Below are positions 8,856 to 17,506 of a stretch of DNA of 48,486 bases, piece after piece (position 1 is the first letter of the stretch; every line of letters starts with the position of its first letter). The notes beneath the pieces are model-generated. The model saw only the letters and a program-made list of their open reading frames with translations. It had not been told where the DNA came from and searched no databases. Source of the stretch: Myxococcota bacterium (GTDB taxonomy: Bacteria > Myxococcota > JACRCW01); assembly GCA_040752415.1 (NCBI GenBank), contig JBFMGU010000053.1:1-48486 (forward strand). The letters run 5' to 3'. The position numbers and the translations under genes were made by a program.

Positions 8856-9440
8856 ATGAGCACCGCGTTGCAGGTGAGCTGGAAAGAGGGCGGGCTGCGC
8901 CTCCTCGCGCAGGAGCCCACCGACGACGAGATTCGTCGCCACGCAGCGGTCCTGGCCGCCTGGGTCAATGACCCGCACAACACAAGCATGCTGGCCAACA
9001 CGCAGGCGCTCACCCCCGACGAGGTGGTGGCGCAGTACGCGGAGATGCGCGCCGAGGGGGCGCGGGTGTTCTTCCTCTACGTGGACGGCGAGCTGGTGGG
9101 GGACGCGGACCTGCGCAACGTGACGCCGCCGGTGGCGGAGTTTGCGATCATGGTGGGACCGCGGGGGACGCAGGCGCGCGGACTGGGCACGCGTTTCACG
9201 ACGATGGTGCACGCGCTGGCGTTCGGGGAGCTCGCGTTGACGACGGTGTACCTGAGCATCGTCCCGCGGAACGAAGCGGCGCGAAGGTGCTACTTGAAGG
9301 TGGGTTACGTCGAGGACGGCTCACCGGAGGCGCGGCGCTACACCGACGAGGAGACGGACGTGGCGATGTCGCTGTCGCGGGAGGCGTTCCTGCGGAAGCA
9401 CGGGGAGAGCGTGAAGGGGATGCGGGTGGGGAGGCGTTGA
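8856..9440 (+). CDS. GNAT family N-acetyltransferase (RimL-like)
   Basis: QARGLGT acetyl-CoA motif and NEAARRCYLKVGY. Confidence 0.85.
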   Translation: MSTALQVSWKEGGLRLLAQEPTDDEIRRHAAVLAAWVNDPHNTSMLANTQALTPDEVVAQYAEMRAEGARVFFLYVDGELVGDADLRNVTPPVAEFAIMVGPRGTQARGLGTRFTTMVHALAFGELALTTVYLSIVPRNEAARRCYLKVGYVEDGSPEARRYTDEETDVAMSLSREAFLRKHGESVKGMRVGRR

Positions 9441-9488
9441 ACTGTTTTCGCGCTCCGTGGCCCGACGTGCGGGATGCAAGGAGGGGTG

Positions 9489-10043
9489 ATGAATTGCCCG
9501 GTTTGCCGGACTTCGAGTCTGCGGCGCGTGTCGTTGGATGACGGGTTGCCGGCGTTGGCCTGTTCCAGCTGCGGTGGCCACTGGCTGGGCGCGGCGGACT
9601 ACCATGCCTGGCGTGGCCGAACCGGCGACGCACCGTTGCCAGCGACGAACACCAGCGGTGAGGTGCAGGTTTCCGACGTGCAGGGCGTCAAGGTGTGCCC
9701 CGAGTGTCGGCGTCTGATGGTGCGCTACCGCGTCGGGCGGGGCGTGGATTTCCGGCTTGACCAGTGTGGCGCCTGCTCGGGCATGTGGTTTGACCGCAAC
9801 GAGTGGGAGGCGCTCCGGCAGCAGGGGTTGCACCTGCAGCTCAACCTCATCTTCACCGAGCCGTGGCAGGACCGTGCACGACGTGACGAGTCCCGCAAGG
9901 TGATGGAAGGCATCTACCTCAAGCGCTTCGGCGACGACTACGAGGAGGTCAAGCGCATGAGGCAATGGCTTCAAGCGCACCCGGAACGGATGAGCATCCT
10001 CGCGTTCCTCATGGATGACGACCCTTACAGTGGATCCCGCTGA
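9489..10043 (+). CDS. Double zinc-ribbon (zf-TFIIB-like) protein
   Basis: CPVC..CSSC-GHWL and CPEC..CGAC-GMWFD; GGAGG RBS. Confidence 0.85.
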   Translation: MNCPVCRTSSLRRVSLDDGLPALACSSCGGHWLGAADYHAWRGRTGDAPLPATNTSGEVQVSDVQGVKVCPECRRLMVRYRVGRGVDFRLDQCGACSGMWFDRNEWEALRQQGLHLQLNLIFTEPWQDRARRDESRKVMEGIYLKRFGDDYEEVKRMRQWLQAHPERMSILAFLMDDDPYSGSR

Positions 10044-10133
10044 GGGTGACCGTGGCGCGCGGTGCAACACGACGATGACGACGTGAACCATGTAGGGGCT
10101 GCCGACCCGCAATGGTGGTGAAAGCAAGCGCAG
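10027..10133 (+). repeat. Dispersed repeat family B, copy 1 (left arm of an imperfect inverted repeat)
   Basis: 10027-10089 aligns with 40327-40387; 10073-10133 is inverted relative to 10404-10466. Confidence 0.7.
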
Positions 10134-10210
10134 TTGGCGCGGTTCGTCAGCCCGGGGCCGCGGTGTCCGCGCGTGGATCGCCGTCGCGATCGGTCCGATG
10201 TCGGCCTCTG

Positions 10211-10338
10211 TGCGGCGTTACAACGGTTCCCGGTGAAGTTGACCCTGGCGGGTGAAACCTGACACCCGCGAAGTGATGGTCCTTGGCCGCCGCCAAGGGC
10301 CATCACCTTCCCGGTCAATCCGAATGGGAAGCGCCGCA
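10211..10338 (+). ncRNA. Candidate structured RNA or nested miniature element
   Basis: Five nested or branched helices, including a 15-bp stem 10273-10287/10292-10306; G-U pairs favour the + strand; no family recognised. Confidence 0.35.
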
Positions 10339-10403
10339 AAGCACGTGGCTGCAGGTGTCACCCCCGGCGCGTCGTTGCGAACGGTTCGGTGCCGGCGTGG
10401 CCC

Positions 10404-10466
10404 CTGCGGGGTTACTTTCGCCGCCAGCGCAGTTTGGCAGCCCCTATCTGGTTCACGTCGTCATCG
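10404..10466 (-). repeat. Dispersed repeat family B, copy 2 (right arm)
   Basis: Reverse complement CGATGACGACGTGAACCA-GA-TAGGGGCTGCC...GAAAG..GCAG matches 10073-10133. Confidence 0.7.
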
Positions 10467-10629
10467 ACGCGCTTCTCCCTTCGCGTCACGATCACGTGAT
10501 CGGGAACCGCTGTGAACACCTGAGACGCGTGAACCTCAGTGATGCGGGCCCGCAGCGGTGTGGCTTCAACGACTCCCTGGAGAAACGTGGGGTACGCTTC
10601 GTGCAGTCGTCACGGAATGGAGGTGGTTC

Positions 10630-11547
10630 ATGGGCCGGTTTCTCCGTCGTCTCGGATGGGTCGTGGGGCTTACGACGGGGGTGGAGGCTGCATGGGCGTG
10701 TGAGACAATGGCTTTCACGTCGTCCACACGCAACAACGCCCAGTCCACACACTGCCTCCCGACGTGCGAAATTATCGTGGCTGGAGAAGTCACCGAGCCG
10801 GTGCAGTTTGTGCCGCACGACGACGACCTGCCCACGGTGACGCCTCGCACGCGGCGCCTGGCCGGCACGTTCTCAGGCACGGCGGCAACGCTGGTGTCCA
10901 GTGATGGGCCACTCGCCGAGGGCGAGTACGACGTCGTCGTGGGTGGGGAACTTTCGGGAATCATCCTTGTCCAGGCCATCGACGTGGATGCGCCCCAGGC
11001 TCCGACCTTGCAGGTCGATCAGAGCCAGGACCAGGACCTCTCCAATGCGTGCCCATACGGCGGGATTCCCTTTCCGGTGCCCGTGATTCCAAGCCCGCCC
11101 CGTTACGGCCGACACCACGTCGACGTCCTATTCCACACGGACAGCTCCCGCGCCGAGTTGGCGGACCTGTGGTTGCTGCGTGAAGGCCAGGAGCCGCCGC
11201 AAACGACCGAGGATGGCTTCGGGATCACGGACCCCGCTCCCCTTGCGGAGCGCGTCGACGTTGGCATGGCTTCCACACGCGGCATCGACGAGACACCGGA
11301 GTTGAACCCAGGAGAAACCGTTCGCGTGGCGGTGCGGCTCGTTGGCAAGGACGGCCGCGCGGGACCCATTGCGGTCTCCGAGCCCATCACGATCAACGAG
11401 ACACCAGGCTCACCAGGCTGCACCCAATCCGCGGGCGCGCCTTGGCCCCCGCTGATGCTGTTGTTGCTGATGCGTCGTCACCTCCGCCGCCGGAATCCGG
11501 CGTTCGCGACCCAGGTGAGCACGCCTTCACTCCGAGGGAGCCCATGA
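10630..11547 (+). CDS. Exported protein with MYXO-CTERM-like C-terminal sorting signal
   Basis: GGAGGT RBS; signal peptide ending AWA-C; C-terminal GC-x-hydrophobic-RRHLRRR tail. Confidence 0.7.
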   Translation: MGRFLRRLGWVVGLTTGVEAAWACETMAFTSSTRNNAQSTHCLPTCEIIVAGEVTEPVQFVPHDDDLPTVTPRTRRLAGTFSGTAATLVSSDGPLAEGEYDVVVGGELSGIILVQAIDVDAPQAPTLQVDQSQDQDLSNACPYGGIPFPVPVIPSPPRYGRHHVDVLFHTDSSRAELADLWLLREGQEPPQTTEDGFGITDPAPLAERVDVGMASTRGIDETPELNPGETVRVAVRLVGKDGRAGPIAVSEPITINETPGSPGCTQSAGAPWPPLMLLLLMRRHLRRRNPAFATQVSTPSLRGSP

Positions 11548-11957
11548 AGGAGTTCCTCTCTCCGCTGCCGCTGGCCGCCGTTGCGCTGATGGCAGTCAAT
11601 GATTCCTGGCTCAAGCAAGCGTTCCACAACGCCATCACCGGGAAGCTGTCCGACTTCGCGGGCTGCTTCTTCCTTCCGCTCTATGTCTCGGCGTTGCTGA
11701 GTCTGGTCACGTCGTGGAACGGTCCGGTGCGACTGGGACTTGGCGCGGCGGTGACCCTGGCCATCTTCATTCCTGTGTCCGTCTCACCGTCGGCCGCGCG
11801 TGTCCTCTGTGATGTGCTCGCGGTGCGGGGTGCATGGCTCGGCTTCCACGGTTATCGCATCGCTTCGGATCCCACTGATCTGATGGCGCTGCCCTGCGTG
11901 GCGGTGGCAGTGTGGTACGGACTGCCGCGGACAATCTCCGACGAGAACCAATCATGA
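11544..11957 (+). CDS. Small uncharacterised membrane protein (ND-x2-LK / TGKLSD / DPTDL motif type)
   Basis: 3-4 TM segments with polar motifs VNDSWLK, TGKLSDFAG and SDPTDL; ATGA overlaps on both sides. Confidence 0.8.
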   Translation: MKEFLSPLPLAAVALMAVNDSWLKQAFHNAITGKLSDFAGCFFLPLYVSALLSLVTSWNGPVRLGLGAAVTLAIFIPVSVSPSAARVLCDVLAVRGAWLGFHGYRIASDPTDLMALPCVAVAVWYGLPRTISDENQS

Positions 11958-12490
11958 TGCGGCTGCTCCAGGCTTGCCTGAAGGTGATTGCGGTTGGTGG
12001 CACCGCGCTGGTGCTGATGGCGACCCCCATGTCCGGCGTCGAGCCGCAGTGCCAGCGCGAGCATCCGGCGCAGACCGTCTGGTACGCCACCAGTACGACG
12101 TGCGGGCTTGATACCGTGCTCGCGGTTGCGACGCGCGAGAACGAATGCACCGTGACGATCAACGTGCCGGACCGGGCGGGATTGCCCGTCAGCGGCTCCT
12201 TGGGTGAGCCCACGGACATCCGCGAAGGCGGGTGGACACTCGAAGGACCCGTGGTGGTCCCGGCGGGAACGCGTCGCGGAGATGCTGGTCCCGGTGAAGT
12301 CGTCGACGGGGGGCAGGATGCGGCGCACGTCGAGCAGACGGTGACGCGGGACTGCATCACGTCCAAGCTCAGCGATGGCGTCCTATCCATCCAATGCGTG
12401 CAGGGGGCCTCGTCCGGAGTAGTGTCCGGGTCGGACGAGGATGCCGCATGTGAGGGCACCCTCACGGAGCAGCGCGATGGTGGTGTGTGA
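11954..12490 (+). CDS. Exported hypothetical protein with six Cys in the mature part
   Basis: N-terminal hydrophobic segment; ATGA overlap with the upstream gene; DAG/DGG motifs. Confidence 0.65.
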   Translation: MMRLLQACLKVIAVGGTALVLMATPMSGVEPQCQREHPAQTVWYATSTTCGLDTVLAVATRENECTVTINVPDRAGLPVSGSLGEPTDIREGGWTLEGPVVVPAGTRRGDAGPGEVVDGGQDAAHVEQTVTRDCITSKLSDGVLSIQCVQGASSGVVSGSDEDAACEGTLTEQRDGGV

Positions 12491-13328
12491 GAAGAGTCTC
12501 CTGGTGGCGGTGTTGGCCGCAGTGACGTCGGTGGGCTGCGCCAAGCCGGATGCGTGCAAACCCGGGCAGACCGCGCCAGCCCTCCGCTCCACGCGCTCGC
12601 CGGTGGCGGGGCAGCACATCCATGCCCACGCCCACAATGACTACGAGCACGCCCACCCGCTGCACGACGCCGTCGAGAACCGCTTCTACAGCGCGGAGGC
12701 GGACCTCTGGATCATCGGCGGGGAGCTGCGCGTGGGGCACTGGCCGTGGGACACCAAGGGCACGCTGGACGCGCTGTACCTGGACCCGCTGCAGGAGCTG
12801 GTGAACCGGCGCGGCTCCGTGCACGGCGACGGCGAGTCCTTCACGTTGTGGCTGGACCTCAAGGACGGCGGCGCGGAGCTGCGCAAGGCCCTGCACCAGA
12901 TGCTGGAGCGCTACAGCATGCTCACCGTCTACAACGGTGACGACGTGCAGCGCGGCCCGGTCACCGTGGTGCTCACCGGTGATTCCGCGAGCAAGGCCGC
13001 GTTCGTCAAGGAGAACAACCCCCGCCGCGCCTGCCGCGACAGCAACGACTACTCCCCCGACGACCCTGCCTCCGACGGAGCCTGGCTCTACTACGCGCTG
13101 GATTGGGCGGACTGGATGACGTGGGACGGCGTCGGCGAGATGCCGCACCAGGACCGTGACCAGGTGGCGTGCATTGTCCAGAACGCCCACGCGACGGGGC
13201 GGAAGGTCCGCTTCTACGGCGCGCCGGACAACGAGCGCGTGTGGGGCGCCATGCTGGAGCTGGGCATGGACTTCATCAACACCGACCGCCTGCCCGAGCT
13301 GAACGGGTTTCTCGACGTGCAGCCGTGA
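12477..13328 (+). CDS. PI-PLC/GDPD superfamily (Aim6-like) phosphodiesterase lipoprotein
   Basis: HAHNDY, SAEADLW, LWLDLK, KVRFY and DFINTD motifs; lipobox SVG-C. Confidence 0.8.
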   Translation: MVVCEKSLLVAVLAAVTSVGCAKPDACKPGQTAPALRSTRSPVAGQHIHAHAHNDYEHAHPLHDAVENRFYSAEADLWIIGGELRVGHWPWDTKGTLDALYLDPLQELVNRRGSVHGDGESFTLWLDLKDGGAELRKALHQMLERYSMLTVYNGDDVQRGPVTVVLTGDSASKAAFVKENNPRRACRDSNDYSPDDPASDGAWLYYALDWADWMTWDGVGEMPHQDRDQVACIVQNAHATGRKVRFYGAPDNERVWGAMLELGMDFINTDRLPELNGFLDVQP

Positions 13329-16300
13329 TCAACGCAGTTTCTCGTCGTGGGGCGCGGCGCCCATCAGGGTCTGGAGGTCCCGCGCAATCCTGAGCGCCGC
13401 CTCGCGTTCCGGGGATGTCGCGGGAAGACGGCGCGCCGCCTCGAGGTGGAACAGCACCTGGTCGGTGGGCATGTTGAGCTCACGCGCCGTCGCCAATCCG
13501 GTGCGCCACCGGCCCTCCGCTCCGCGCTTCTCGCCGCGCAGCCACAGCGCCAGGCTGGACCACAACTGCGCGCGCGGTTTCCCCACGGGAAACACGGTGG
13601 CGTACTTCTCCATCAGCTCCACGGCGCGCATGGCCGGAGCGCGCGCGTCGGCACGCCCCCGCTCCCACAGCTTGAGGAAAACCTCGCACGCGGCGGAGTA
13701 GCCCTGCAGCGTCGAGTACACGGTGGGCTTGGAGGCCTCCATGTGTCGCAGCAGGGCCTGCGCGTGCTCCTCGGCCAGCTTCTCCTCGCCCAACTCCCAG
13801 CGCGCAATGGCCAACACGCCGCGCGCCACCATCTCCGACGAGCGATCCGCTCCGACGAGCCCCGCCTCCGCCTCGGAGACCGCCTCCGGAAGCCTGCCCA
13901 GTCGCAGCGCCACCATGGCGAGGCCGTTGCGCGCCCAGGTCTGCTGCTGCACGTCGCCGGCGCGGACTGCGTCGGTGCGGAGCGTGGTGAAGCATTCCTG
14001 CGCGTCCTTGAGGCGGCCCTGGTACGCGGCGGAATGCCCCTGCGCGTTCAGCACCTTGCCGCGCTCTCGTCGGTCATTGAGGCGCTCGCTGATGCGGCGG
14101 GCCTCCATCAGCGGGCCGTTCACCTCGTTCCACTCGCCCACGCCAATCGCGTACAGGCTGGTGGCGAAGAGCACATAGGCCTGCGCCGACGAGTTGGGCA
14201 TGCCCGCCGCGGTTTGACGCGCGAGCGAGAAGTACAGCCGCGCCAACGGATGCAACGGCACCAACCCCGCAGCGATGCACACCAGTGAATACGCCCGCGC
14301 CAGCTCCGGCGAGCTTCCCGCACCTTCGGCCAGGTTCACCGAGAGGAGGCCCGCGCTGATCGCCGGGAACATCTCGTTCCGGTAGTAGTCGATCTGACCC
14401 ACCCGCGCGGCAATGCGTGCTCCCTCGAGGAGACGCGGGTGATCCCCCGATGGACGATCCGCGAAGATCCGACGTGACACGCGGTGCAACACCTGTTGCT
14501 GAACCTGTCGTGCGAACGCGAGCGCGCTCTCCTTGGGTTGCACCGGCAGTGGCACGCCCAGGATTCCCAGCGCCAGCACCAGGTGCTCCCGCGCCTTCAC
14601 GAGATTCCCCATGGCCAGGTGCGCCTCGCCGAGCAGGCGTTGTCGACGAGCGCGGTGCAGGTCATCTCCCCGCGCCGCACCAGACAGCGAGAGATTGGCC
14701 TCCAGTTGCGTGGCCTCGCTCAGGAACGTGAGCGCTTCCCGGTTGGCGTCGGCGCCCAGTGCGTGCTCACCGGCCTTCTCCAGGTACTCCAGCGCGCGCG
14801 CCGGGATGTCCGCTTCACGCCAATGGTGCGCCAGCAGCTCGAAGTACGGCGGGAGATTGCTGGCGTGGGTGCGCTCCAGCCAGGTGGCGGTGGCGGCGTG
14901 CAGCTGACGTCGCTGCGAGAAGAGCATGAGGTTGTAGGCCACTTCCTGCGTGATGATGTGCTTGAAGAAGTACGAGGGCTCCGTGGCGACGGGCGTGCGG
15001 TGCGTGAGGTCCGCGCGTTCCAGGTGGCCCAGGTGCGCGGACAGGTTCTCCCGCTCCGGCTCCACGGGGAAGATCTCCCGAAGCGTGCGCAGCTCGAACT
15101 CGCGCCCGAGGACACTGGCGGCCTTCAACGCGAGCTGCTCGGTGGCGGAAAGACGGTCGATGCGGGAGGTGACCACGCCTTGCAGCGTGTCCGGGAACTG
15201 CAGCTTCTTGAGGTCCACCGCGCTGTTCGTCCAGCGACAGACTCCGTCGACAACCTGGAGCAGCCCGGTCTCCACCAGCGCGTGCGCCAGCTCCTCCGTG
15301 AAGAACGGATTGCCCTGCGCGCGCTCGTGGATGACGCGGATGACCTCGGTGTCCACGCGGTCCGCGCGCAAGCGGCCCTGCAACAGCGCGTCGGTGTCCT
15401 CGGGAGAGAGCTGGTCCAGGGAAAGGCGCAACGCGCGTGGCAACGCCAACAGCCTACCCACGTCGGGCGGAGGCTCCGTCATGGGGCGCGAGCTCAGGCA
15501 GAGCAGCACCTGCGGCAGACGCGACGCGGCCAGACGCGCGAGGAGCCAGCTGGCGGAGTCAAACCAGTGGGCATCCTCCAGCACCAGCAGCGTCGGGCGA
15601 CCCTTCACGTGACGCTGCAGCAGCTGGATGAGCAGACGCTGGGTCTCCTCGGCGCGGACGTTGGCGGGCCATTCGCGCGTGGCATCCGTCTCGGGGATCT
15701 GCACGCGCAGCACGTCGCACAGCAGCGCGGCCAGCTCGCCCACGTCGGGATCCTGGCGGACGCGGGCCGCTTGCGCTTCCACCGGTACGTCGTCGGTGAG
15801 CGCCAGGATGTCCCGGAACACGGCGCTCCAGGCGTGGTACGGCGTGGACTTCTCCAGCGCGTTGGCCGTGCCGGAGAGCACCTGCACGTTCACACCGCGG
15901 GCCGCGTCGACAAGCTCCTGCACCAGCAGCGACTTCCCGATGCCCGGCTCACCCTGCACCACCAGGACACCGCCGGCGCCGTCGCGCAGCTCACCGAGCA
16001 GGCGCTTGAGTTGCGCGCGCTCCGCGGCCCGCCCGACGAGCGGACGACTGGAACGCGAGGGCACCTTCTCCTGGCCCAACGGACGGAACACCGCCACGCG
16101 CGCGGCCTTGCCCTTGAGCTGCAGCTCGCCCCCGTCCTGGAACTGCACGCGACCCGCGGCGGCCTGGCGCGTGGCACCGTCGCACAACACGTTGCCCGCG
16201 GCGGCCTGCATGAGCCGCGCGCTGAGGTTCACCACGTCGCCCATCATCGTGTACTCACGACGACGGTGACCGCCCATGGGCCCGCAGAACGCTCGCCCGG

Positions 16301-17351
16301 TGGTGATGCCCACGCTGCTCTTCAGGCCCATCTGGGAGAGGCGCGTGCGGATGTCGGTGGCCGCCTGGATGGCGCGCGCGGCGTCATCCTCGTGCGTCAT
16401 GGGCGGAAGACCGAAGCCGGCCACCACGGTGGTGCCCTTGTCGTCGACGATGAGCTTGTTGAGCGTGCCCTCGTAGCGCTCCAGCGCGGACTGGATGGCC
16501 ACCATGGCTTCCTGCAGGCGCGACACGCCGTCGTCGCGTTCCACGTCGAGGCCGGAGATGTTGAGGAACATCACCGTGACCCGGCGCAGCTCCGCCAGCC
16601 ACGCGGTCTGACCTGCCTCCACGCGCGTCAGGATGGCGCTGGGAATGTAGGGCCGCAGCAACGTGGCCGAAGCGTGGATCTCGTGGATCTCCAACGGGCG
16701 CGGCGCGGGCGCGGAGGGCACGTTGGTGAGTCGGACGCAACCGTGCTCACGCGGCTCTCCCGTGGCGCGGTCCTTCACCAGTGACCACGCATTCGACGCC
16801 AACACGACGTCACCCGCCTGCGCTTCGTGCTCCGCCTCGGTCATCTGCACCAGCGGGTGACCCGCGGCCACGTACTCCACACGCCCGCCCACGCCGCCCA
16901 CGTGCGCGCCCACCACCGAGCCCGCCCCGATGCCAAGACGCAGGGAGAGCCGCACCCCGTCGGCGACGTCACGGTTGTGCAGCGCCTCCTGGATGCGCAG
17001 GCCGCACACGGCGGCACGCAGCGTGGCGTCGACGAGATCACCGTTGGCGGGCCAGAGCGCCAGCAGCGCGTCCCCGGCAAACTTCACCGTGTCACCGCCG
17101 TGGACGTGGATGAGCTCCACCAGCTCGGCGAAGTAGCTGTTGAGGATGCGGGTGAGCTCCTCGGCGCCAGCGGGACCTCGCGCTGCCAGCCGCTCCGTGA
17201 GCGGGGTGAAGCCGGTGATGTCCGCGAACAACACCGCCGCCGGCAGCCGTTGCCAGGTGGGCGTGCGCTCCGCGCGATCCTTGACGACGAGAGATGGCAC
17301 GTAGCTGCGGAGCACCTGCACCAGCTCATCCGCCTGTGTGGCCACCACCAT
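13329..17351 (-). CDS. Class III adenylate/guanylate cyclase with two cyclase domains, STAND/AAA ATPase and TPR region
   Basis: FADITGFT..KFAGDA (C1); DDKG..EYTMMGDVVNLSARL (C2); Walker A GEPGIGKS; Walker B LEDAHWFD; helical repeats at the C-terminus. Confidence 0.92.
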   Translation of the reverse strand: MVVATQADELVQVLRSYVPSLVVKDRAERTPTWQRLPAAVLFADITGFTPLTERLAARGPAGAEELTRILNSYFAELVELIHVHGGDTVKFAGDALLALWPANGDLVDATLRAAVCGLRIQEALHNRDVADGVRLSLRLGIGAGSVVGAHVGGVGGRVEYVAAGHPLVQMTEAEHEAQAGDVVLASNAWSLVKDRATGEPREHGCVRLTNVPSAPAPRPLEIHEIHASATLLRPYIPSAILTRVEAGQTAWLAELRRVTVMFLNISGLDVERDDGVSRLQEAMVAIQSALERYEGTLNKLIVDDKGTTVVAGFGLPPMTHEDDAARAIQAATDIRTRLSQMGLKSSVGITTGRAFCGPMGGHRRREYTMMGDVVNLSARLMQAAAGNVLCDGATRQAAAGRVQFQDGGELQLKGKAARVAVFRPLGQEKVPSRSSRPLVGRAAERAQLKRLLGELRDGAGGVLVVQGEPGIGKSLLVQELVDAARGVNVQVLSGTANALEKSTPYHAWSAVFRDILALTDDVPVEAQAARVRQDPDVGELAALLCDVLRVQIPETDATREWPANVRAEETQRLLIQLLQRHVKGRPTLLVLEDAHWFDSASWLLARLAASRLPQVLLCLSSRPMTEPPPDVGRLLALPRALRLSLDQLSPEDTDALLQGRLRADRVDTEVIRVIHERAQGNPFFTEELAHALVETGLLQVVDGVCRWTNSAVDLKKLQFPDTLQGVVTSRIDRLSATEQLALKAASVLGREFELRTLREIFPVEPERENLSAHLGHLERADLTHRTPVATEPSYFFKHIITQEVAYNLMLFSQRRQLHAATATWLERTHASNLPPYFELLAHHWREADIPARALEYLEKAGEHALGADANREALTFLSEATQLEANLSLSGAARGDDLHRARRQRLLGEAHLAMGNLVKAREHLVLALGILGVPLPVQPKESALAFARQVQQQVLHRVSRRIFADRPSGDHPRLLEGARIAARVGQIDYYRNEMFPAISAGLLSVNLAEGAGSSPELARAYSLVCIAAGLVPLHPLARLYFSLARQTAAGMPNSSAQAYVLFATSLYAIGVGEWNEVNGPLMEARRISERLNDRRERGKVLNAQGHSAAYQGRLKDAQECFTTLRTDAVRAGDVQQQTWARNGLAMVALRLGRLPEAVSEAEAGLVGADRSSEMVARGVLAIARWELGEEKLAEEHAQALLRHMEASKPTVYSTLQGYSAACEVFLKLWERGRADARAPAMRAVELMEKYATVFPVGKPRAQLWSSLALWLRGEKRGAEGRWRTGLATARELNMPTDQVLFHLEAARRLPATSPEREAALRIARDLQTLMGAAPHDEKLR

Positions 17352-17506
17352 GTGCCGTGCGCCCCCGTTTTCCGTCGCGGAACCAGGTGAGCCTAGGGCA
17401 TGGGCAACGCCACCTCCAAACGAAAGGACGCTCCGCTTCGGGCGGTGGGCGGATGAGCGGCCACCGCGGCGCGTTATAGGACCGCCCTCGTCGAGAGGAA
17501 GGTCAG

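Noticed and set aside
10311..10415. Fragments resembling a c-di-GMP-I (GEMM) riboswitch (CGCAAAGC, GCGGGGTTAC)
   Set aside because: The GNRA-capped stem and the second stem required by the motif do not form; the 3' fragment belongs to the repeat arm
13338..13351. 14-nt match (TTTCTCGTCGTGGG) to the fold-back element arm at the cyclase 3' end
   Set aside because: Short, lies within coding sequence and does not extend; compatible with chance
12477..17351. Cyclase plus adjacent phosphodiesterase as a cyclic-nucleotide signalling or defence pair
   Set aside because: The genes are convergent, and the phosphodiesterase is an exported PI-PLC/GDPD-type lipoprotein, not a cytoplasmic cNMP phosphodiesterase
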